Source: the human T2T-CHM13v2.0 reference genome, Homo sapiens | Length of the DNA: 64,000 nt | Assembly (NCBI RefSeq): GCF_009914755.1 | Contig: NC_060925.1 | Direction: 5' to 3' (one strand) | Shown here: in pieces, positions 53,645 through 64,000 of the stretch | Position numbering within the stretch: the first letter of the stretch is position 1 | Layout of the letters: each line of letters begins with the position of its first letter | The notes under the pieces: model-generated | Seen by the model: only the letters and a program-made list of their open reading frames with translations | Database searches by the model: none | What the model was told of the DNA's origin: nothing | Translations under genes and position numbers: made by a program

Positions 53645-53895
53645 TAAAGAGTAAGAGGGTTGTCTCTGGAGTAGGACTCCTTCTATCTAAGTCTTTATTC
53701 CATCGCATTACTAACAGAGTAATATTCAGCAAGTTAATTAATCCTTCTCTAAGTCTGCATTTTTCATTTGTGAAATGGAGTTCATATTGAAGCCTGACTC
53801 CTGGGGCTGATGTGAAGATTAATGAGGTGAATTGTGTTCTGTGATTATAAAAGTGTGCCTGGTGGGCTCTCACCATTATTAGTTATTATTATTTT
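53645..53895 (+). mobile_element. MIR, near full length
   Basis: ctctggagtaggact...gcaagttaattaatccttctctaagtctgcatttttcatttgtgaaatgg...gtgcctgg...agttattatt. Confidence 0.8.
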
Positions 53896-54070
53896 ATTAT
53901 TTCTAAAGCCTACCAGCCTGCATGGAAGGATCATTCTTTGCTGAGTACTGTATTTCTTTGATATTCTCATGGGTAAGCAAAAGCATAGCAAATCTTTTCA
54001 GTTAGTACATACTGATATCCTCTCATTGGCCTATTGTTATTTTTGAATAATACCTCACTTTTAAAAGTGT

Positions 54071-54518
54071 TGAAACAGATGCAATAGTCTCATAGACAGG
54101 TTTTTTAGAATATATATAAACATACAAATTGACCCTTATGGTCTTAAACCTTGAAATGTATATTTATCTGAGTTCCTTCCTCAGGAAAGAAACTTCCAGC
54201 CTCTCAAATAATTATAAAAGAACTGAAACTCACCCGATCACCACATCCTAACAATGAAATGCTGGACCCCTCATTTATCATGATTGCTTCCTTGCTCCTC
54301 CTAGTTGCTGTTTCCTTACACATTGTTACATTTCTTCCCTGCTATATAAACCCCTGGTTTTATTGGGTGAGAGAGATGGATATGAGACTGAGCTCCCATT
54401 TCCTCAGCTGCAGGACCCGATTAAGCCTTTTTCCTTGGCAATAATTATTGCCTCAGTGATTAGCTTTCAGTGCGGCGAGCAGCAGGACCTAAACCGAAAC
54501 CCTAGTGTTTCAGGAACA
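54071..54518 (+). mobile_element. Solo LTR, LTR47-like
   Basis: TGAAAC...GAACA; exact 4-bp TSD GTGT (54067-70 / 54519-22). Confidence 0.88.
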
Positions 54519-56024
54519 GTGTTTTAGTTTGTAAGGCACTTTCAAATCTGTTTTATTTGATATTCACAACATTTAAGTTTGTTAGATATTATTGGCTTGA
54601 TTAGGTAAAGTAAATGAACCTGAGTTATATGTAAAAAAAAAAAAAGGCCATAGAAATAATACAATTAAGATGCCACAATAACCCAGGTCTTGTCACTCCA
54701 AAATTCATGCTGCTTCCATTGGGTCATTTTTTAAAACATTATTTAATCACTAAAGATAAGACCATACAAAATATTCTCTATGTAAAACATAATATGACAT
54801 ACTGTGCTTTTCAGGAAATATAAAACTTAGCTCCTTAACCACATAATTTTTTAAAAGGCGCTTTGCATGTGTATTATACAATGAAATTTTCAGGAAGTTT
54901 AAACCTCAAAGTACAAATGGTTGTACAGTATCAAGCTGCCTTCCATAAGACAAGTGTTTGACTTTGTAAATATTTAATATATGTTTCACTGAATGTTCCA
55001 AAACTGCCATTAAGCGTTGACTAATATTACTCAATAAAATAAATAAATATTAATTTCTGGATGATGATATAATTAGCATAATTGCTCTTTAAAATGAGCA
55101 TAATGCCTTAATAAATGCTATTATTAGAAATAGACAAAAATAGTTTTAAGATCTGTAGATAGGTAGTCTATACTCTGAAGGTATGTTTCTCCTAAATCAC
55201 ATAATCTATCTTTATAAACAACAGAAAACAATTTTGAATGTAGTCTATACACATCTAGAGTTACATGTACCTGTAGTAAAAGAAAAAATATGAAAATTTA
55301 AATTCATATTCTACATAATGTCATATGTAAAGATTACAAACTATAAAATACTATACACGTTGGAATTAGTAAATGGTTTGTTGTTGTTCCAAGAAAAAAA
55401 ACAATATTTTTATTGTTGATTGATCTACCATGTAAAATTGTTAAGGATAAAAGTGGATATATTTATCCATACTCTTGAGAAAGTTGCTCTTATATAGAGA
55501 AATGACGTTTCAAATGTTTTAATTCTATTTTCTTAACAATTATATATTTAAATTCAGATTTATAGAGGTTCAAACTACAATATTAAAAGTTGATGTTTTA
55601 ACTGGTTAAAGAGAATTTAAAACTATTATTTTCTTTTATTATGAGTACAAAAATTATTTTCCATAAAGCTGTTGTCTAGTCATGTTTTGAAAACAGATCC
55701 TTCCACTTTGTTATTTGGAGTATAAATTTGAATAAATATAATCTGCATATTATTTTAACATACAGATAAAACTTGCTACAAAATATCAATGTAAGATATT
55801 GGCTTTTGTTTTGTTTTGCTTTGTGTTATTTTTTTCTGAAACGTATAAGGTACAAAGTGGAATTAAGTAAACGCATAGAATATTTCTAGCAATGTTTAAA
55901 TATTTTGCTGGTAATCTGCAATTGTAAACTGTTGGTAATTAACACAAAGGGGATATCTCATAGAAACTCCAGAAGGCTAGGTTTCAATTACTTCCAAAAG
56001 TGTAGTACTTCTTTCCTTTCCCTG

Positions 56025-56390
56025 ACAAATATTTGTTGAATATGAATATGACTACATGGTAAGCACTGTTATTGAACGTGCATACAAGGCAATGAAGAAA
56101 ACAGTTTAACTTTTGAGCTCTTGGAGTTTACAATTTAATGGGGAAGAAGTGAAATATAAAAATATACATATAAATATCAGGTCCAAAATGAAATTAAATG
56201 AAATAAAGCAGGGTAAGATGATAATGAGTGCCAGAGAAGAAAATTACAATTTTATATCATGTGCTGAAACCAAGTTTTTTCATAAGTGACTGTTGATAGG
56301 AGGCCTAAGAGCAGACAGAGAAAGTATGTTATGCAGAAATCTGGGAAAGGAATATTCCAACTGGAGTAACAGAAAGAACAAATATACTAC
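56025..56390 (-). mobile_element. L2a 3' fragment
   Basis: acaaatatttgttgaa...aagcactgtt...ctcttggagtttacaatttaatgggga. Confidence 0.65.
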
Positions 56391-57302
56391 AATATTCAAG
56401 ATGAAAGGATGAACCTTAGCAACTTGAGTGTAAAATACAACCAGAGGAATATGCATCAGTGTATCTCTTGAAGAGGATTAATACTGTAAAACTGGTATGT
56501 TCATAGGAACTCACTGCTGGCAAAACAGGAATGTGCAGATATGGAAAATGTTAGAAGATCAAGGTCTGATGGCAGAATCAAGGGAAAAACCATGATTTGC
56601 TGGGTCATTAAACATGGTGAGTAAAGCAAGTTGCTAACTGAAAATGGCCCTCAATATCCAGGCTTCACATGCAACATGTTGTGTGAAAATCAGGTTATCT
56701 AGGAATTAAACTTCTGAATAACACCCTATGCTTAAAACTGTAAAACACTGTCATAGATATGTCCAACTTTGAACATTTGTTGGCAAAATTCACAGCCTGG
56801 GACCTTCAGAGAATAACTTTTCTCATACTCCTCATATAGAACACTCCCAAAGCAGAGAAGAATAAAAAATAAAATATGCTTAAGTATTATATTTATACAT
56901 ATTTGATTTCAATTTGTACTATCCAAGCAGATATAAAGTAGCCACTCTTTTATAAAGTGCATGTAACATTACAATCTATTTTTTTAACCATTAGAGTTGT
57001 TCAAATGCATTCATGTTCATCATATGAACTAAAACAATTCATGAAGATGCAGAATATTCTCTATCATGGTTTGATCTGTCATATTCACATCTCTCTAGGT
57101 CACCACGCACTGAAGTAAATTGACTTTAATGAATGAGGAGCTAAGGAGCTAACTTATTAGCTGGAAATTTCCTGAGATTAAAGGATTTCAGCTTGACTTC
57201 AAAAACTTTATTAAGCAGAGACTCATCATTTATCTTAGCTAAACTGTTGATAGAGATTTCTAGCTTTCATTTATATCTAGATTAAATTTTTTTTCTTTTT
57301 GC

Positions 57303-57346
57303 TTTGACTTATCAGATTCTATTTTTTGACTTATCAGATTCTATTT
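57303..57346. repeat. 22-bp tandem duplication
   Basis: TTTGACTTATCAGATTCTATTT x2, exact. Confidence 0.95.
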
Positions 57347-57504
57347 TTATAGAAAATAAAATTTAAATCCAATATGTCTTATTTATATAGTATCAACCCT
57401 TCCTCTGGTATGTGTTTATCACTTAGAACTTGAATATCCCAGACCCTCAGCAAATATACTGTACTATACTATATTATGTGGGAATCTATTAAAAAAATAG
57501 CAAA

Positions 57505-57619
57505 CTGAAAACAGTGGCACAAGCCTGTGCCACTTGGGAAGCTGAGGCAGGATGATTGCTTGAGCCCAGGAGCTCAAGGCCAACCCGGACATCATAGTGA
57601 GACCCTATGTCTAAAAAAA
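57505..57619 (+). mobile_element. FLAM (Alu monomer)
   Basis: gctgaggcaggatgattgcttgagcccaggagctcaaggc...atagtgagaccct plus A tail. Confidence 0.8.
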
Positions 57620-59688
57620 TGGTTTTGAATCTAAACTTTCAAATGTCATTATATCAGTGGGCTTGTTACCAAAGCAGAAATAACTATACTAGGAGGCTTA
57701 CAGAATTTCATAACATGTCAAAATTTAGGATATATTATTATATAATTTGAAACCACAAATTTTGAAATTTTATGCAAATCAGTTGGACACTTCTTTCTCC
57801 TTAGTCTATGTCTTCCTGGATTCTCTTTCATTACCCCCAATAAGCAAGATCACAGAAACTGCATTTTAGTTTCAGCTCCACCATTTATTAGCATTATTAG
57901 TTTGAATTTCTCAACGTTTCCTCTGCAAACTGAGGTAATATTAACTGATATACAAAAATAAATTCATTCTTTACTATTCATTAGAAATCAGTACATAGTA
58001 GATAATAAACAAATGCTACCACCTCTCTTTTTTCCTTAAGCATTTAATAATTGTTCTATGAAATGTTTGTCTTTACTAGTTTCAATTTCTTTACCTTCAC
58101 AGCAAATCTCAATAAATGGCTCTTGTAAATACTTCAGGGAGATAAATTTCTCTCCTCTTCACACAAAGTTTCTCTCAAACTTTTTCCATCTCTTCCTAAG
58201 GTCAGAGTTGTTTTCTGTGTAGTAACATTGAAGGTATGGTGCTTGAGAAGGAAACTGGGTTTGATTACAGACTAGACCTTAGATTATGGCTAATCACTTC
58301 AATTCTGTGAGATTCCAAGTTTAGTCATTTATGAGATTCACTCTGTAGTCATCTTAGTAATGCTTAACCTCTTATGGCTTGGTTAAATTTTAAAACTATG
58401 AGGTTGTTTCTAAGAGTTAAAGGTGTCTTTAAAGTTAACTTGATACCATATATTGTAGATGTTTGCAAAAGAATTTCATTGTCCTTCCAGGTTTGGCAAT
58501 AAGTGTCAGGAGGAATCATACGTTAGAAAATAAAAGCAAAACAAATGTTTTAACTCAAATATTTTAATTATTAGCATTTAATATAATTAATATTTTAAAA
58601 TTTCAATAGTATTTTTACTATTACCACAGTAAAAATTATGTAAAATATTTTATGTAAAAAATGGTGTTACTAAAAATAGTGAAATTTTCAAAAAATATTT
58701 TAACTTTTAATAATATTGTATTACTTAAATCTAACGAGAGTATTCAAAATTAAATATGCACTATAAGCTTAGTAAAAATTTACCTTGCATATTTTGCATA
58801 CTTTCATTTGACACGTGGCTAATGTGTCTCAAAAGCAAATATAAGAATCTGTAAAAGTCACTTTTGAAATCAATATTTTGTAGGGCAGCTGCTTAATACT
58901 TGTTTGTATATATGATTAAAGGATAATATGATACAATGATTATATTACCAAAGTACGTGACCTAATGTTAATAAAAGGAGGAGCCTCAAAAAATAAAAGT
59001 TTATTTCTCATCATGCAGCAGTTCAATATAGATATCTGTGGTCAAGTGGTCTCCTAAAGAGTTGTACTTTTGCTCTGAATTCCTAAGTTCCTAAACATCT
59101 TAATTACTTGAGGGAAAAACGATCACTCAGGCTGAGAAAGCACAAACTCATTAAATTGCTGTAGCAGCACTTTGACTGTCCCGAATTCAGGCACAAAGCT
59201 ACAACCAACCGTACAGGAAGATGGAAATTGTAAGCCAGATATATGCACAGGATGAAGAGAACATAGAAAATAGCACTAGCGGTAGCTCTTCCACACATAT
59301 AAATGTATATCTCTAAAAGCTAATTTGCTGTTTTTTCCCAAGATGGCAGATTAGAGGATTTCAGCAGGTCTCAGTCACTTGGAAATAGCAAAATAGTGCA
59401 TACAGGTCAATTCTCTGAGCTTTAATTCAAGAAAGAAAACAGCAATTTACCAGAATAGCCAAGGACAGCCCAGACCATGGGGAGAAGAATCTGGGCAAGC
59501 AGCCCCTGTGATGGCATTTGGTTGATAAAAGTGAGTGAAGCCCCTGTGTGTGAGAGGGATGGTAAGCCTCCCTCTGTGACTCACCTTCCCACTTGGGATC
59601 TGGGCAACCCAGGCTAAGAGAGAGCACATACTGTTATCCCAAGACCCAGAGCTAAGTTGAGGAGAGGCTGAGACACAGAGAGGGAAAG

Positions 59689-60106
59689 TGGTATCGTTAT
59701 TTGTCCCCCTAAATCTCATGTTGTATTGTTATCCCTAGTGTTGGAGGTGGGGCCTGGTAGCAGGTGACTGGATCATGGGGGGGTATTTCTCATGAATGAT
59801 ATAGCGCCCATCCCCTTGGTACTGTTCTCACTATAGTGAATGAGTTCTTATGAGAGCTGGTTGTCTAAAAGTGTGCGGCACCTCCCTCCACTCTCTCTCT
59901 TGCTCGCTTTCACCAGGTAAGGTTCCTGCTGCAGCTTTCCCTTCTGCCCCGAGTAAAAGCTTTCTGAGGCCTCCCCAGAAGCCAAGCAGCTGCCAGAGCC
60001 ATGCTTTCTGTATAGCCTGCAGAATGATGAGCCAATTAAACCTTGTTTCTTTATACATTGCCCAGTCTCAGGTATTTCCTTATGTCAATACAAGAATGGC
60101 CTAAAA
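59689..60106 (+). mobile_element. MSTA MaLR solo LTR inside the L1 5'UTR
   Basis: aaatctcatgttg..ttggaggtggggcctgg...ctgaggcctccccagaagcc...agccaattaaacct...cccagtctcaggtatt; TSD GAAAG / GCAAG. Confidence 0.92.
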
Positions 60107-60120
60107 GCAAGAAACTTGGA

Positions 60121-60460
<340 letters not shown>

Positions 60461-63400
60461 CTAGAGGCAAGACTCAGAAAAGGATGACATTTTAAATTTG
60501 GGCTCATATAAATTCACTCATTGTTTTGTGATCTGGCAACCTCGGCCACTACCGATATTTTATGGTGAAGTCAGAGATTGGAGCGCTTTTTCTGGAGTGG
60601 GGGAAGTGCTCCCACAGCCAGAATTGAGTGGAAAATATGGAGAGCGCCCAAGCTATTGGCACTGGTATTAGGAGCTCTCCTGCCATAGTAGAGTTACTGA
60701 AGCTAAGGTTTCTACTGGGTAGTAAAGCTTGCAGACAGGGACAGCTTTGTGATTTGGAGTATGCATCTGTCATTGTTAGATGCTCCAGACTTCTCCCTTG
60801 TTCAGCTGGGGGAGAGTGCCTTACCAGCTCCAAGGAGTGGGAGGGAGGTGAACCCCACTCCCCTGCAGATCTAACTGCTGGCACAAAGCACCCCTGAGAG
60901 AGAAGAGCACAGCCCATCAAAGCCCCCCTTGGGTTAAGGGAAACATGAGCAAGGCACCAGAAGCTGAAGGGAGGCATCACCAAAATCTGAGAAAGAGCTT
61001 GGAGTAGAAGATCATATGTCACCTCCTGCTCCCTTCCCTGGGAACGCCTGCAAACACCATAGCAGCTCTTCCCTTTGGGGCCTGGGGAAAGCATTCTGAA
61101 AGAAGCTGCTTCTCAGACATCTCCAGTGGCCCCATCCCCACAGAAGGGGAGGGTTTTTCCATGATTCTTTGCGCCCCACCCCCGCTGAAGGAAAGTATGA
61201 GCCCAGAGATTATCTGCGAACTCTTACTCTTATCTGCCATCTCCTCAAATGGAGCCTGAATTACAACACCAAACAAAAATAACATCAGTATAACAAGCGA
61301 CATCTGAGAAAGCCACTATCCGAACCTATCTGCAACCAAGGAAACCATAAAAAACCTTGGCCCTCTGAAAGCACTCAGAAATGAAGCCAGTCAGTCATAT
61401 ACAACATACACAACACAGTAACAACTTCAAGGGAGAAAATAATTTAAAAAATCAAAAAGCCCCATCCAAATAATAATGACAACAACAACAAAAAAGCATT
61501 CACCACCTCCGATGAGAACGAACCAGTGTGAGAACTCTGGCAATACAAAAAGGCAGTGCTTTGTTACCTCTAAAGGATAACACTAGCTCCCATAGCAATA
61601 GATCCTAACCAGAATGAAATGACAGATATAGAATTCAGATTATGGATGGCAAAAAAAAAACTCATTGAAATTCAAGAGAATGTTGAAATCCTATACAAAG
61701 GAAATAGGAAAATGATCTAGCTTTTGAAAGATGATATAGATGTACAAAGAAAGAACCAACCAAAACTTCTGAAATTGAACATTTCACTACAGGAATTTCA
61801 CAATACAGTTATAAGCCTTAAAAATCGACTAGACCAATCAGAAGAATTTTAGAGCTCAAAAACTAGTCCTTCAAATCAACCCAGTCAGGTAAATTTAAAG
61901 AAAAAGAATTTAAAATATTAATCCTTTAATCCTTTAAGAATATCGAATTACATGAACCAACCAAATCTGTGACTGTCATTTCTGCAAGAGAAGAAGAGAA
62001 AGTAAGTAACTTGAAAAACATATTTAAGAATATAATTCAAGAATATTTCCACAATGTTGCTAGAAGTTGACACGCAGATACAAGCCGTCCAGAGAATTCC
62101 TGCAAGATACTATACAAAATGACACTTTCCAAGGCACATGAGCCTTGGATTATTCTAGTTAAATGTGAAATTAAAATAGAAAATCTTACAGACAGCTAGA
62201 GAAAAGACTCATACTACCAATACAGAGAATCACATCAAACAAACACCAGACATTTCAGCAGAAACCTTACAAACCAGAAGAGACTGGGGACCTAAAATAG
62301 ATGGTTAAGAGAGTTCTAAATATAAAAACAAAAGAACAATACTCACCACCAAAAAAGCACATATAAGCAATACCCCACAGTCCCTATAAAGCATCTACAC
62401 AACTGAGACAACATAGCAACTAGGCAGCAATATTAGGACAGAAAGAAAACCTCACACATTAATATTAATCTTGAATGTAAGCAGCCAAATGATAGAATTA
62501 AAAGACATAGAGTGGAAAACTGGATTTAAAAACACGCACATCCTTCTGCTGTCTTCAGGAGACCCATCTGACATGCATAGACACATAAATCCTCAAATTA
62601 AAGGCATGGAGGAAGTTCTCGCATGAAAATGGAAAACAAAAAAAGAGCAGGGTTCACTATTCTGGTATCAGATAAAACAGACTTTAAACCAACAACAGTA
62701 AAAGGGATAAAGGAGGGCATGACATAATGATAAAGGGTTCAATTCAACACAAAGGTTTAACTGTTCTAAATATATACATGCCCAATATTGGAGCACTCAG
62801 ATTTATCAAACAATCACTTCTAGACCTAAGAAAAGTTTTTGACAGCCACACAATAGTGGTGGAGGATGTTTGCATCCCATTGATAGCGTTAGACAGAACA
62901 TCAAGGTACAAAACTAACAAATTCAGAACTTAACACAACCAATTGGACCTAATAGACATCCGTAAAATATCCCAACAACCACACAATATATATTCTTCTA
63001 ATCTGCAAATGTAACGTAATCTACCACTGACCACATGCTCTGCCATAGGGTAAGTTTCAATACATTTTTAAAAATTGAAGTCATACCAAGCATCTTCTCA
63101 GACCACAGTGGAATAAAAATGAAAATCAATAAGAGAAACTTTCAAAACCACAAAAATACATAGAAACTAAACTTCCTCCTGAATGACTTTTGAGTAAACA
63201 ACAAAATTGAGGCAGAAATGAAAAAAAAAAAAAAAAAAACCTTTGAAAGAAATGAAAACAGAGACAGAACATACCATAACCTCTGAGATGTGGCAAATGC
63301 AGTGTTAAGAGGAGAGTTTATAGCACTAAGCACCTACACCAAGGAGATAGAAAGATCTCAATTTAACAAAAAAATTAACAAAATAACCTAGCACCTGAAG

Positions 63401-64000
63401 GAACTAGAAAAACAAGAAAAAATTAACTACAAAGGCAGCAGAAGAAAATAAATTACCAAATAAGGGAAGAACTAAATAAAATTGAATGAAAAAAATACAA
63501 AGCGTCAACTAAACAAAAAGTACTTTCAAAGATTAGACAAGATAAATAGACTGCTAGCTAGATTAACAAAGAAAAAAGAGTGGAGAGCTATGTAAAGATG
63601 ATCAGAAATGACAAACGGGACATTACAATCAATCCCACAGAAATACAAAATATCCTCAGAGACTACTATGAACACCTTTATGCATATTATGCATACAAAC
63701 TAAAAAAATTAGAGGAAATGGATAAATTTCTGGAAACACACAAAACCTCCCATGATTAAACCAGGAAGAAACTGAAACCATGAACAGAAAATAACAAGTT
63801 ATAAAATTGAATCTATAATAAAATTCTACCAACCAAGAAAAGCCCTGGACCAGATGGAATTCACAGCCAAATTCTGCCAGTCATACACAGAAAAGCTGGT
63901 ACCAATCCTACAGGAATTATTATTATTTTTTATCAAGAAGGAGATATTCCTCTCTAACTTATTCTAAAAAGACCAGAGTCATTCTGATACAAAAACTTGG

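Overview
This window is AT-rich, CpG-depleted primate genomic DNA, very probably human (it carries AluY/S/J, L1PA3/4, THE1, MSTA and MER9). It reads as intergenic or deep-intronic sequence dominated by transposable-element fossils. I found no host protein-coding exon, RNA gene or CRISPR array. The only ORFs with recognisable homology are broken pieces of L1 ORF1/ORF2 and Tigger1 transposase, plus an ERV env tail I translated by hand. Main elements: a complete non-autonomous MER61-type ERV1 provirus (23380-28418, minus, GTTG TSD, Lys PBS, PPT); a near full-length Tigger1 carrying a nested MER1A; a degraded MLT1J-type MaLR provirus; several nested L1s; three independent solo LTRs of one family within 26 kb; and an old L1 5' half that runs off the window end. 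I see no evidence for a new biological system. The most interesting signals are DNA-repair and insertion footprints: an exact 38-bp templated copy, a twin-primed old L1, a hairpin junction and near-coincident insertion sites. A few candidate regulatory motifs are also noted. Subfamily names come from my recall of consensus sequences and need RepeatMasker/Dfam confirmation.
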